Source of the DNA: Nitrospirota bacterium
Lineage (GTDB): Bacteria > Nitrospirota > JACRHJ01
Assembly: GCA_963733375.1 (NCBI GenBank)
Contig: CAVTDB010000026.1
Span: 433,119 to 497,118, forward strand
Length of the DNA: 64,000 nt
Direction: 5' to 3'
In this document: positions 21,044 to 31,978 of the stretch, piece by piece
How the letters are laid out: every line of letters starts with the position of its first letter
Position numbering within the stretch: the stretch's first letter is position 1
Made by a program: the position numbers and the translations under genes
The notes under the pieces: generated by a model
Databases searched by the model: none
Told to the model about the DNA's origin: nothing
Seen by the model: only the letters and a program-made list of their open reading frames with translations

Positions 21044-23875
21044 TTAAAGTTTCGTTGCGAGTTTTTCCACGTCATAGGCCTCAATGACGTCACCGACTTT
21101 GATGTCGTTGAAGTTCTCGACGCCTATGCCGCATTCGTATCCTGTCTGGACTTCGCGCACGTCTTCTTTAAAACGCTTCAGCGAGGACAGCTTGCCTTCA
21201 AATACCACCACGTTGTCCCGGAGCACCCTGACTCCCGCGCTCCCTCTGGTGATAACGCCGTCCAGGACGTAGCATCCGGCGATAAGGCCTATTTTCGGCA
21301 CGCTGAACGTCTGACGGACCTCCGCGCGTCCGAGTACCTTCTCCTTGAGCGTCGGCTCCAGCAGACCTTCCATCGCCAGCCGGATCTCATCGATTGCGTT
21401 GTAGATAATGTTGTATAGCCTTACGTCCACACCCTCCGCCTCCGCAAGCTGGGATGCCTTGGGCTCCGGACGGATATTGAAACCTATGATAATGGCGTTA
21501 GACGCCGACGCCAGCATCACGTCGGACTCCGTTATCGCGCCGACCGAGCCGTGTATCACGTTCAGCTTCACCGCCTCCGTGGACAGCTTGGTGAGCGACT
21601 CCGAGACCGCCTCCACCGAGCCCTGCACGTCGGCCTTTATTATGATATTAAGCTCTTTGACCTCGCCCTTCTGTATCTGCGAGAACAGGTCGTCGAGCGT
21701 AACTCTCTTGTGGAGGGCAAGCTCCGCTTCTCTCACTTTCTGCATCCTGGACTGGGCGACCTGGCGGGCCTTCTTCTCGTCTTCCATCACGACGAACGAA
21801 TCTCCCGCCTGCGGGACTCCGGAGAGCCCTATGACCTCGACCGGATATGAAGGCGTGGCCTCCTTCTCTTTCTTGCCTTTGTCGTTTAAGAGCATCCTTA
21901 TGCGTCCGGAGTGCTGGCCTGTCACGAATACGTCTCCGGGCCTGATGGTCCCGGTGGAGACCAGCACTGTGGCCACGGGGCCGCGTCCCTTGTCAAGTTT
22001 GGCCTCGATGATAGTGCCATGGCCGGGCTTGTTCGGGTTTGCCTTCAGCTCCATTACGTCCGCCTGGAGGAGTATCATCTCGAGAAGGCTTTCGATGCCG
22101 ATGCGCTTCTTCGCGGATACCGGGACGAATATCGTATCGCCTCCCCAGTCCTCCGGCACAAGGCCCTGGTCGGAAAGTTCCCTCTTCACCCTGTCCTGGT
22201 CCGCTTCAGGCTTGTCTATCTTGTTTATCGCGACGATAATGGGCACTTTCGCCGCTTTTGAATGGTTAATGGCTTCCAGGGTCTGGGGACGCACGCCGTC
22301 TTCCGCCGCCACGACCAGGACGACTATGTCCGTCACCTGTGCACCCCTCGCCCTCATCGCGGTAAAGGCCTCGTGGCCCGGGGTGTCCAGGAATACTATA
22401 TCCTTATCCTTCAGGCGCACCCTGTATGCGCCGATGTGCTGGGTGATGCCGCCGGCTTCATCCTTCGTGACGCTCGTCTGGCGGATCGCGTCAAGGAGCG
22501 AGGTCTTGCCGTGGTCGACGTGCCCCATGATGGTGACGATGGGCGGACGCGGCCTCAGGTCCTCCGGGCGGTCCTGTTCCTCTTCGACAAAAGCCTCCTC
22601 GTCGGTTATCGGCGTTACGTCCACCTTCAGGCCGTACTGGTCCGCCAGGAGTACCGCGGCGTCCGTATCTATGGCGTTATTGATGGTCGCCATCATACCC
22701 ATCTCGAAAAGCTTTTTAATTACATCGCCGGATTTGACGCCTATCTTGTCGGCGAAATCCTTAACCGTAATGCCCTCGGTAATCTTCACGGCCTTTTTCC
22801 TTGCCACGGTTGAGGCGATATCCTCCACGGCCGCGGCAGCAGCTGAAGGGGCCTGATGTTTCTGATGGCTTCTGAAATCCTGCTTCTGGCCCCTCTTTTT
22901 CGACCCTCTGAAATCCTGCCACTTCTGAGGTCCGCCCCCTTCTTTTTTGGGGAAGGTGGTCTCCGGCCCGGTCGGTTTTTTCTTTACGGTCTGAAGGCGG
23001 TTTTTCAGCTTGGACGAAATCGTAGGCACCTTATCGACGCCGTCCATCACTTCCACTTCCGTCCGGACCGGCTTGGGTCCCTTCGACTTTTTCAGTTTTG
23101 CGAGCGCCTCTTTTGCCGCTTGCTCCTTCTGCGCCGGCGTCTGCTGCTGGGCGCGGCGCGGGACGAGAAGGCCTGCTGTTGCGCCAAGGCGAGTTCCTTC
23201 TTCCTGAGAGCGTCCGCCGCAAGACGGTCGAGCATTTCCTGGGGTACAACCTGCCTTGTAGGCGCTTCCGGTATCGACGGCGCCTTAGGCTGCTCCTGCA
23301 CGGCAGGTTCCGCCGTTTTTACCTCGGCCGCCACGGGCTCCTCAGGCGCTTTAGGCTCCTCGGTCGCCGTGACTTCATGTACCGCAGCTTCCTGGACGGG
23401 AGGGCCGCGAGGCGGTTTCTATTTTTTCTTCAGTCGGCGGCTGTTCAACGGGCTTTACCTCGATCTTCGGTTTTATGATTTCCGCGGTCCCCGCGCCGGG
23501 GCTGGTAGCCACCGCGGTAGTATTCCTGTGCTTGAAGAAGCTCCCGAAACGGGAAATAGGAGCCGGTTTTTCCATCTCCGCCTTTTCTACTTTTTTGGCG
23601 GCCGCCGGTCTTGCTTCTTCGTCGGAAGAGGGCTCGGAAGGGGCCGATTTGATTTTGACGGCGCCGGAAGGTTTTGAGCCAAGCTTCAACACTTCCGGTT
23701 TCACCGGTTTATCCTTGGCCTTTCCGAACTTGTCCCGGATCAGCTTTACCTGGCTCTCTTCGAGACTCGACGAGTGGCTTTTTACCGCCGCTCCCGCCCG
23801 CTCAAGCTCGGCAAGGATCTCTTTGTTATCGACATTGAATTCCTTCGCGAGGTCATAGACTCTCGGTTTTGCCAT
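21044..23875 (-). CDS. infB: Translation initiation factor IF-2 (frameshifts in the N-terminal low-complexity region)
   Basis: RVYDLAKE N-terminus; [24 protein letters not shown]. Confidence 0.97.
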
Positions 23876-23878
23876 TGG

Positions 23879-24475
23879 TTAAATCACCCCCTGCTGACAT
23901 TTAAAAAAACGCGACAGTTCCCTCGCCAAAGACCGCGAGAGCTCCGACGGCTTCACGTATATTATCCCGACCGGCGAGGAGCCTAAAATAGCGCCAAGCG
24001 CCTCTTTGTCCGAAAAAGTAAATACCAAGGTATTGTCCCCGTCCATCCTCTCAAAAAGCCTCTTCCTGCTGTTTTCCGCCAGGTCTTCCGAGACCACCAT
24101 CACGCCGCCGGGCGTCTTATAAGCCTGGCCGAGCGCCGCGTCAAACCCATATACGGCCAGCCCCGCCTTCCTCGACATCCCAAGGAGAGCCGAGGCTTTT
24201 TTCCCGACCTTATCCTTAAGCTCCCTATAAAAGGCTTCTCTTTGCGGCGGCTCGACTTGCTGCTTCAAAGCCCGCGAAAGCGCTCCGCCAGCCCCCGCCT
24301 TCAGGAGCTTTTCAATGCACTGCTTTTCCGGGCATATGTAAGCCCCCCTGCCGGGGACCTTCTCATTATAATCTATTATTATAACGCCCTCCGGAGAGGC
24401 CGCCATCCTTATAAGCTCCCCTTTTTCGCCCTTCTTGCGGCAGGCTATGCACGTCCTTTCAGGCTGCGCCTTCAT
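23879..24475 (-). CDS. YlxR/RnpM (DUF448) fused to an L7Ae-like domain
   Basis: PERTCIACR...GRGAYIC followed by LLGMSRKAG; located between nusA and infB. Confidence 0.85.
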   Translation of the reverse strand: MKAQPERTCIACRKKGEKGELIRMAASPEGVIIIDYNEKVPGRGAYICPEKQCIEKLLKAGAGGALSRALKQQVEPPQREAFYRELKDKVGKKASALLGMSRKAGLAVYGFDAALGQAYKTPGGVMVVSEDLAENSRKRLFERMDGDNTLVFTFSDKEALGAILGSSPVGIIYVKPSELSRSLARELSRFFKCQQGVI

Positions 24476-25633
24476 CGCTCGTTTCGGGCTCGGCGGCTTC
24501 GGCCGATTCTGCATCTGCCGCCTGCGCCTCATCCAGGAGCCTGGACTCGCGCGCGATTGCCTCCTCTATCTCCTTCTCCCTGTCCTTCATGGGTCATCTT
24601 GTCGTATTCGGACTCGGAGTAGATGTCTATCTTCCAGCCGGTAAGCTTCGCGGCGAGCCGCACGTTCTGCCCCTTCTTGCCTATCGCAAGCGATAGCTGG
24701 GTATCCGATACTATAACCAGCGCGGATTTCTCGTCCTCGTCCACGGCGACCTTTTCCACGGTAGCGGGAGAGAGAGCCTTGCTTATGAACTGTATGGGGT
24801 CCTCCGTCCAGGGGATGATGTCTATTTTCTCGCCCCGGAGTTCCCGGACGACCGCCTGGACCCTGGAGCCCTTCATCCCGACGCATGCGCCGACCGGGTC
24901 CACGGCGGAATCCCTTGACTGGACGGCAATCTTCGTCCTGTCGCCCGCCTCGCGCACCGCGCCTTTTATCTGGACGATATTTTCGTAAATCTCAGGCACT
25001 TCCATCTCAAAGAGCTTCGAGACGAGTTCCGGGTTGCTCCTGGAGAGCACTATCTGCGGCCCCTTGTTGGTGGTCCGGACGTCCAGCAGGTATGCCCGCA
25101 CCCTGTCGCCCTGTTTGTAGCTCTCCCGGGGGGCCTGCTCGCGCATCGGGAGGACCGCTTCGGTCTTTCCGATGTCGATGATGTAGTTGCCCTTCTCCTG
25201 GCGCATGACGATACCGTTCACAAGGTCGCCGATCCTGCCGGAGTACTCATTCACGATGATGTCGCGCTCGGCCTCCTTGACCCGCTGCACTATTACCTGC
25301 TTCGCGGTCTGGGCCGCTATGCGCCCGTAACCTTCAAAGTCCTGGAGGATGTCCACCTCGCCGCCGATTTCCGCCGTTCGGGTCCAGTTCCTTCGCCTCT
25401 TCGAGCGTCATCTGGTTCCCGGGTTCCTCTACTTCCGTCACTACCTGGTAGATTAAATGAATGGAAATCTTTCCGTTTTTCGGATCGACTTTGACCCTTA
25501 TATTTTCGTTTTCCGGGAACTTTCTCCTTGCCGCCGAGACCAGGGCGGACTCCACCGCTTCGAGGAGCACGTCCTTCGATATGCCCTTCTCCTTGCATAT
25601 CTGGTCGATCACGGTAATCAGTTCGTGGTTCAT
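24459..25633 (-). CDS. nusA: Transcription factor NusA (frameshifts near 25378 and 24585)
   Basis: GRIAAQTAKQV, DPVGACVGMKGSRV, LAIGKKGQNVRLA. Confidence 0.96.
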
Positions 25634-25646
25634 GGAAAAAATCCTC

Positions 25647-26115
25647 CTAAAATTCGACTTCGAGGCGGGCCTTCTCGACCTGCCCATATTTTATATAGAC
25701 CGTCTTTTTCCCGTCATTTAAGAGTAAATTAAACCCGTCATTATCCGGCGAATCTATCCTGCCGACCATTACCTTCTGCCCGTCGATAGCCTCGTTCGTC
25801 TTCACCTTGGCGAGCTTGCCGGTGAAACGCTCGTAGTCGGCGGGCTTATAAAGCGGCCTGTTCAGCCCCGGAGAGGAGACTTCCAGGACGTACGCGCCCT
25901 GTATGAAGTCTTCCACCTCGATTAAGGTGCTTATCTCCCGGCTGACAGTCTCGCAGTCGCCAAGGGTCACTCCGCCCGGCTTATCTATGAAAAATTGCAG
26001 GCGCCAGCGGCCGCTCTCCATGATGAACTTGAGGTCGGCGAGCTTCAAAGCCCATCCCCTCAATCACTGGCCCGACGACACGCCTCGCGGCCTCGACTAC
26101 CTTTTCCCTGGCCAT
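25647..26115 (-). CDS. rimP: Ribosome maturation factor RimP (frameshift near 26045)
   Basis: IDKPGGVTLGDC, YVLEVSSPGL. Confidence 0.94.
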
Positions 26116-26133
26116 ACGGATCACCAAGTCCTT

Positions 26134-26165
26134 AAACAAAAAGAGTGGGCCTTTCGAGCCCACCC
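26134..26165 (-). promoter_or_regulatory. rimP-nusA-infB leader terminator/attenuator hairpin
   Basis: GTGGGC-TCGAAAG-GCCCAC followed by TCTTTTTGTTT just upstream of rimP; resembles the widespread rimP leader. Confidence 0.7.
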
Positions 26166-26248
26166 AGCAGTATTTGCTTCTGAGTTACTGTAATTTTTAT
26201 CACAAACAGCTACGGATTGCAAGCAAAAAGTACAATCCGGCAGTATAT

Positions 26249-27442
26249 TTAGGACAGTTCCGACACCGCCTTCTCTATCCTGTCCAAGCCCTTCTCTATC
26301 GCCGCCATGGAGGTCGCGTAAGAGAGCCGGATGTACTCGTCCGCGCCGAAGGCGTCGCCGGAAACCACAGCCACCTTCGCCTCCTCCAGGAGATACGCCG
26401 CGAGGTCGGCGGAGCCTTTTATCTTTTTGCCCTTAAAACTTTTCCCGTATATCGGAGAGACGCGCGGGAAGGCGTAGAACGCCCCCACCGGCGTCGGGCA
26501 GGAAACCCCCGGTATCGCGTTCAGGCGCTCCACGATATATTTGCGCCTCTTGTCGAACTCCGCGACCATCACCGGCAGGAAGTCCTGCGGGCCGTTCAGA
26601 GCCTCCACCGCCGCTTTTTGCGTGATGGAGCACGGGTTGGAAGTGCTCTGGGACTGTATCTTGGTCATCGCGCCGATGACTTCCTTCGGCCCGGCGGCAT
26701 AGCCCAGCCTCCAGCCGGTCATGGCGTGGGATTTGGACAAGCCGTTAATCGTGATTGTCAGGTCTTTAATTTCGCTTCCCAGCGAGGCGATGCTGACGTG
26801 CCGGAAGCCGTCATAGGTAATCTTCTCATAAATCTCGTCCGAAATTACCATCACCTTGTGCCTGACCGCCACCTCCGCGATCTTCTCCAGCGCCTCTTTC
26901 GGATAACCGAGGCCGGTGGGGTTGGACGGGCTGTTCAGTATCAGCGCCTTGGTCTTTGGCGTTATGGCCCTCTCAAAGGCCTCCGCCGTCAGGACGAATC
27001 CCTCGTCTTCCCTCGTCTGGACTATAACCGGCGTCGCGTCGTTTAAAATGACCTGATCGGGGTATGACACCCAGTAAGGAGCCGGGATTATCACCTCGTC
27101 GCCGGGGCCATAGAGCGCCTGGGCTACGTTGTATAGCGAATGCTTCGCGCCGGTGGAAACGATTATCTGAGAACGGTCGTACAAGATGCCGTTGTCGTTT
27201 TTCAGTTTATTGATTATGGCGTCTTTAAGCTCGTCCGTGCCGCCGACGGCGGTATATTTCGTGAAGCCGCTTTTTAATGCCTTGACCGCCGCTTCCTTTA
27301 TATTCTCCGGCGTGTCAAAATCAGGCTCTCCCGCGCCAAAACCCACCACGTCTATACCTTCCGCCTTCATCGCCTTCGCCCTCGCGTCCACCGCGAGAGT
27401 GGGAGAAGGTTTAATACCTTTTACTCGCTCCGCCAGAACCAT
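26249..27442 (-). CDS. Class I PLP aminotransferase (aspartate aminotransferase)
   Basis: GEPDF, NSPSNPTG, SDEIYE, SKSHAMTGWRLG. Confidence 0.93.
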   Translation of the reverse strand: MVLAERVKGIKPSPTLAVDARAKAMKAEGIDVVGFGAGEPDFDTPENIKEAAVKALKSGFTKYTAVGGTDELKDAIINKLKNDNGILYDRSQIIVSTGAKHSLYNVAQALYGPGDEVIIPAPYWVSYPDQVILNDATPVIVQTREDEGFVLTAEAFERAITPKTKALILNSPSNPTGLGYPKEALEKIAEVAVRHKVMVISDEIYEKITYDGFRHVSIASLGSEIKDLTITINGLSKSHAMTGWRLGYAAGPKEVIGAMTKIQSQSTSNPCSITQKAAVEALNGPQDFLPVMVAEFDKRRKYIVERLNAIPGVSCPTPVGAFYAFPRVSPIYGKSFKGKKIKGSADLAAYLLEEAKVAVVSGDAFGADEYIRLSYATSMAAIEKGLDRIEKAVSELS

Positions 27443-27443
27443 C

Positions 27444-28077
27444 TCAAAAGCCTCCTTGATTTGCTAATTTTATTATTGCATTCACCACCGCCGCCGCAAC
27501 CGGAGTCCCGCCCTTTCTGCCGCGGTTGGTGATAAATGGGACTTCCGTGATGCCTTCCAGCGCCTCTTTCGATTCCGCCGCGCCCACGAACCCCACCGGC
27601 ACACCCACAATGAGCGCGGGCCTGACCCCCTCTTTCAGAAGGCGTATCAGCTCAAAAAGCGCCGTCGGCGCGTTGCCTATGGCCACTATGGAGCCGTCAA
27701 TCAAGCCAAGCCCGGCGGCCTTTCTTATGCCTGCCGCGGAGCGTGTAATCCCTTCGCCTTTGGCAGTCTGCTTTTACGTCCTGGTCGGTAATGAAACAGA
27801 AGGCCTCGGCGGCGCCCGGCCTTTCTTTCGTTATGCCGGCGCGCAGCATGTTCACGTCAGTTATTATATTGCAGGATGAGGCGATGGCGGAAATACCGGC
27901 GGCTGTCGAGCCTTCGGAGAAGATCAGCAGGTCCGCGAACTCCAGGTCGGCGGTCGCATGCACGACCCTTTTCAGGACTTCCCTCTCCGGACCCTTAAAT
28001 TCTTTGCCCGCGAGAAGCCCTTCGATAATCTCAAAGCTTCTGGACTCGATTGCGCGGGGGTCCGAGAGGAATTCCAA
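27444..28077 (-). CDS. cbiC: Precorrin-8X/cobalt-precorrin-8 methylmutase CobH/CbiC (frameshifted near 27775)
   Basis: IESRSFEII, RVVHATAD, GNAPTAL, PVGFVGAAESK, GRKGG; TTG start. Confidence 0.88.
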
Positions 28078-28078
28078 C

Positions 28079-28509
28079 CTACTTGGTCCCCTCTTTTTCT
28101 TCTGGTCCGTCGCTATGGCGAGTTTCAAAGCCCCGGCCTGTTTTGCCATGTCCAGGATCTTCACGACCACACCCTCCATGACAGTCTCGTCGGCCTTTAT
28201 GACGACCGTTTTGTCCGGGCTTACCGCCATGCGGGAGGCCAGGAGCCCTTTTAAATCATCCATGGTGACCTGGGCTTTGTTCAGGTAGATTATGTTTCCG
28301 GGAGCGACGGATACGACGGTAGTCTGCTCTTCCTGCGGCTCCGCGGTAGAAGCCTGCGGAAGCTTTATTTTGAACGCATTGTTCATCATGAGCGGCGTCG
28401 TAACCATGAAAATGACCAGGAGCACCATCACCACGTCCGTGAGCGGAGTGATGTTGATGTCGGACATTATCTTGGTCTTGCTGGTCCTGGTAATGCCCCA
28501 TTTGCGCAT
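28079..28509 (-). CDS. ExbD/TolR family protein
   Basis: DINITPLTDVVMVLLVIFMV, IKAD; stop codon restored by one added A in the A-run at ~28095. Confidence 0.88.
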
Positions 28510-28510
28510 A

Positions 28511-29137
28511 TTATGCCTTCCTCTCGAGCAACGTATCGATAGCCTCGGAGGCGGTGGACTCCATCTCCGAGACCATCCTGTTGACGCGGTGGGTGTAGTA
28601 ATTGAACATTATGACCGCCGGGACCGCCACGAAAAGACCGGTGGCCGTGGCCACCAGGGCCTCCGCGATGCCGTTGGCGACTACCGCCGGGCCGCCGCCC
28701 GATGCCAACGAGAGGTCGTGGAATGCGCGGATGATGCCGATGACGGTGCCGAAGAGGCCGACGAAAGGCGTGACGCTTCCGGTGGTGCCTATTATGCCGA
28801 GATTTCTCTCCAGGTGCAGCGTCTCCTTCATCGCGGCCTTCTCCATAGACTCGCCCATAGCCTCTTCACCGTGATGGAACGAGGAAAGGCCGGCTTTTAC
28901 GATAGAGGCGAGCGACGTGGTGGAACTTTCGCAAAGCTCAAGCGCATCGGAGATATTCCCTGACCGCAGGACTTTTTTAAGCCTGCCCAGGAATTCCGAT
29001 TTGCCTTTCTCCGCCTTGTGGAATACCCATCCCCTCTCCAGCATTACCGCGATTGAAAGAATGGAAAACCCGGCAAGGACTATCATAGTCCAGCCGCCTT
29101 TTGACAGGAGTTGGAAAAAGCTTAGGTCTTGAAACAT
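28511..29137 (-). CDS. MotA/TolQ/ExbB proton channel family protein
   Basis: PFVGLFGTVIGI, GIAEALVATATGLFVAVPA. Confidence 0.93.
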   Translation of the reverse strand: MFQDLSFFQLLSKGGWTMIVLAGFSILSIAVMLERGWVFHKAEKGKSEFLGRLKKVLRSGNISDALELCESSTTSLASIVKAGLSSFHHGEEAMGESMEKAAMKETLHLERNLGIIGTTGSVTPFVGLFGTVIGIIRAFHDLSLASGGGPAVVANGIAEALVATATGLFVAVPAVIMFNYYTHRVNRMVSEMESTASEAIDTLLERKA

Positions 29138-29162
29138 GCCCCTAATCCTCCGTGATACATTG

Positions 29163-29429
29163 TTATTTTGAATTTTTAAGGACGAATTCAGCGAGCGCGT
29201 TTATAGAAGCGAAAGCCTCCCGGCCCACCGCCTCGTCCGGCACCTGCACTCCGAACTCCTGCTCAAGGCCCACGACGAGCTCCAGCGCGTCTATCGAATC
29301 CAGGCCCAGCCCTTCACCGAAAAGCGGCGCGTCGTCGTCTATTGCCTCCGGCTCCATCTGGAGCTTCAACCTCTGGATTATCAGTTTCTTCAGCCTGTCT
29401 TTGACTTCCATCAACTCTACTTCCTGCAT
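29163..29429 (-). CDS. Acyl carrier protein
   Basis: LFGEGLGLDSIDALEL phosphopantetheine motif. Confidence 0.9.
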   Translation of the reverse strand: MQEVELMEVKDRLKKLIIQRLKLQMEPEAIDDDAPLFGEGLGLDSIDALELVVGLEQEFGVQVPDEAVGREAFASINALAEFVLKNSK

Positions 29430-29530
29430 CTTGCCCTGCCTCCTTCAAAACTATAGAAAAACGAGAGATTATTGTATTACCGGGAGCGTAACATTGTCAA
29501 GCCAAAGTTCACTATAGTTATACCGTTTCA

Positions 29531-29567
29531 CCGATGCCCCTCTCCCATAAAGGGCGAAGGGAGTCGG
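29531..29567. repeat. REP-like palindrome (intergenic)
   Basis: CCGA..CCCCTCTCCC-ATAAA-GGGCGAAGGG..TCGG; 18-bp core identical to the copy at 53.75 kb. Confidence 0.7.
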
Positions 29568-29588
29568 CGGGCGGGGAATTTTTTCCGC

Positions 29589-30257
29589 CTACCAGAAGAA
29601 GCTCCTCAGGAACATTATGCAGATGTGATAAGTATCCGGCACGTTCCTGAAATGGCTTCTTTTGAGCGCTTCCTCACTGTAAATTGTCCTGACGGGCACG
29701 CTTATTATCTTGTATCCCATAATCCCCGCGCGCATCAGCATCTCCGATTCCGCCTCGAAACCGGAAGATTTCACCTTCATTTCGCGCAGCAATTCCGCCT
29801 TGTATATACGAAACCCGGACTGGGAGTCCAGTAGCGGGTTCCTTGCCCTCCAGGAGATGCACTTCACTCCGACCATGTTGGCCCTGTACCTGGCGGGCGG
29901 GATTTTATCCTTCTCCGTAAGCCTGGCGCCTACTACAATCCCGGCATCGGACGACACGGCGGAAAGGAGCTTCGGTATTTCATCCGGGTCGTGCTGGCCG
30001 TCCGCGTCCATAGTCAGGACGGCGTCATATCCTTTTTCGAGCGCATATTTGAAGCCGGTCTTCAGCGCCGCCCCTTTTCCCATGTTACGCGGATGGGAAA
30101 TTATTTTTGCGCCGGCCCCGCTCGCCTCGCCGGCCGTATTATCGGAACTCCCGTCATCGACTACCAACACTTCGGGCAGATACTTCAGCGCCTTTTCCAC
30201 TACGCCCCCGACCATCCCCACCGCGTCATATGCCGGTATCAGGCCCAACACCTTCAC
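29589..30257 (-). CDS. Family 2 glycosyltransferase (DPM1-like)
   Basis: VVDDGSSD, GKGAAL, MDADGQH, DSQSGFR. Confidence 0.92.
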   Translation of the reverse strand: MKVLGLIPAYDAVGMVGGVVEKALKYLPEVLVVDDGSSDNTAGEASGAGAKIISHPRNMGKGAALKTGFKYALEKGYDAVLTMDADGQHDPDEIPKLLSAVSSDAGIVVGARLTEKDKIPPARYRANMVGVKCISWRARNPLLDSQSGFRIYKAELLREMKVKSSGFEAESEMLMRAGIMGYKIISVPVRTIYSEEALKRSHFRNVPDTYHICIMFLRSFFW

Positions 30258-30916
30258 GGGATATCGCCCCTGATGTGCCTTACCGCTTCTTCCAGAAGCT
30301 CATCGCGGTTGGCCGCCGTTATCGTAAGCAGGTGTATATCCTTTCGCGCCTTTAACTCTTCGACAAATGGCGGCCCGTCAACCGGCACCGTCGCCACGAG
30401 GGGTTTATCGCCTTCCACCGCGTTTGAGGCTATCTGCCTGAAATGGCCGCTCATAAGCTCCATCTTTCCGATCTCGTCTATCACCACGAGATCGTCTTTG
30501 AGAAGGGCTTCTTCGACCGATTTCACCCCGACCTTTTCCAGGTCTTCCACGTTTACCGTATATTTGCCTACTTTCAGGCCGCCCTGTATTTTTTCGTGCG
30601 CGAGGACCCCTTCGCGCTTGTCCAGCGTAATTATTTTAAAGCCCTTCCGCTCGCCGTGCTCCCTTATCTCGCGGGTATAGAACCCGCCCATTTTTACATC
30701 CTGGAGCTTCGTAACCAGCCGCTCGATAAGGGTAGTCTTACCGGAGCCGGGCTCTCCCTGAATAATTACTTTTATCCCTTTTTTGCCGGGATAATCCTTT
30801 ATGCTTAAATCCCTTGAGAACTCCGCGCAATGTGAAGGGTCCGCCATGGAGAACTGTTTTTTGCAGGACTCCCTCCATGCGCATATTACGCAGGAAGGCT
30901 TTATGCCGCTTGCCAT
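30254..30916 (-). CDS. NTPase_1/THEP1 nucleoside triphosphatase with an N-terminal four-Cys module
   Basis: GEPGSGKTT, GFYTREIR, VGKY, IDEIGKMEL; N-terminal CxxCxWRxxC-x11-C. Confidence 0.85.
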   Translation of the reverse strand: MASGIKPSCVICAWRESCKKQFSMADPSHCAEFSRDLSIKDYPGKKGIKVIIQGEPGSGKTTLIERLVTKLQDVKMGGFYTREIREHGERKGFKIITLDKREGVLAHEKIQGGLKVGKYTVNVEDLEKVGVKSVEEALLKDDLVVIDEIGKMELMSGHFRQIASNAVEGDKPLVATVPVDGPPFVEELKARKDIHLLTITAANRDELLEEAVRHIRGDIP

Positions 30917-31761
30917 GCTCTCTCCTTCAGGAATGCAGCGATTACATCCTTTATGTTCTGGATAAAGCCGCCTTTACTGTTCACTATGAATATCCGCTCC
31001 CCCACCCTGAAAAGCTCGTCCTTCCACCTCACCACGGGGGTCGCCCCGAGGGACGACTTCGGGAGGGTCTGCTCGAACATAAAAACGATTTTATCCTTCA
31101 TCCGAAGCTCCGTGTCCACGATGAAAAGAGAGAGGTGCGGAGAGAGTTTGAGCGTCCTGTCGATGAAGGATGCTATCTCCGTGTCATATATCTGTTTCGG
31201 CGGGGACGATTTCACTTCCGCGTAAATCAAAAGACCCTCCAGCGCGGCAAGAAGGTCGTAATCTCCGCCAGTACCTGCCTCCCTGAAACTCACGCCCCAT
31301 ACGGCGTCGGCATAAAGCTCGCGCCTCATTACCTCCGCCAGATACCATTCAAGGGTGGGGCCGAAGCTCTTTACCGGCCCGTGCGACAGGGACAGACGTC
31401 CATCTCCCAGTTCCTTTGCAATGCCGGATTTAATTAAAAATTCTCCAAACTCCCTTGCCGCCTCGTCGCCGATAAACCTTGAGAGGCCTTCGGGAGTGAA
31501 GCCGTCCTGGTATTTTATCACATCCCGCAGGAAGAGCCGGAAAGAATATTTCCCCATCAGAGAATAAAACTCTTCCTTGAACTGTGCGCCCGATTTAAGT
31601 ACGTCCTTGTCCCGCTCTTTCCTGTAAATCCGGAAGCCCCGCCGGACGAGCATCTCTTCCACCCCGTTCCCCAGGGCCTTTTGAAGCCTGATTATCTCTT
31701 CCTTTAAGTCCCGGACCTCCTTTTCGAGGCCGTCTATTTTTTTCGCGGCATCGCCGTCCAT
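30901..31761 (-). CDS. Hypothetical protein with a C-terminal PD-(D/E)XK nuclease-like domain
   Basis: LEWY...DYDLL...AEVKS spacing typical of the restriction-endonuclease fold. Confidence 0.6.
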   Translation of the reverse strand: MDGDAAKKIDGLEKEVRDLKEEIIRLQKALGNGVEEMLVRRGFRIYRKERDKDVLKSGAQFKEEFYSLMGKYSFRLFLRDVIKYQDGFTPEGLSRFIGDEAAREFGEFLIKSGIAKELGDGRLSLSHGPVKSFGPTLEWYLAEVMRRELYADAVWGVSFREAGTGGDYDLLAALEGLLIYAEVKSSPPKQIYDTEIASFIDRTLKLSPHLSLFIVDTELRMKDKIVFMFEQTLPKSSLGATPVVRWKDELFRVGERIFIVNSKGGFIQNIKDVIAAFLKERAWQAA

Positions 31762-31962
31762 CTATTTCCTCTCGAAAGACTTCACGAACCGTTCATAAGA
31801 GCGGTCGTAAGACCTCTCGTCCTCCGGCTTGAAGAAACAGCCAGGCAGTTCCTGCGATTTCCTGTGGTACGATATGCACTCGCAGCACATCCCCTTCCGG
31901 GGACAGGGCTCGTAGGTGCAGGTACATTTCGATTTATTTTTATGTGCATTGCATTCAGACAT
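31762..31962 (-). CDS. Small Cys-rich protein (DUF6485-like)
   Basis: CTCTYEPCPRKGMCCECISYH...LPGCFF...YDRS. Confidence 0.75.
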   Translation of the reverse strand: MSECNAHKNKSKCTCTYEPCPRKGMCCECISYHRKSQELPGCFFKPEDERSYDRSYERFVKSFERK

Positions 31963-31978
31963 AAACCCTCCGGCAAAG

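Noticed and set aside
23879-24475. YlxR-L7Ae fusion as a novelty
   Set aside because: These genes are neighbours in many nusA-infB operons, and I recall the fusion from related lineages.
27697-28509. Apparent ExbD-CbiC fusion protein
   Set aside because: Adding one A to the A5 run at ~28095 gives ...KKEGTK* followed by a TTG start with a GAGGGG RBS, so it is a likely homopolymer artefact.
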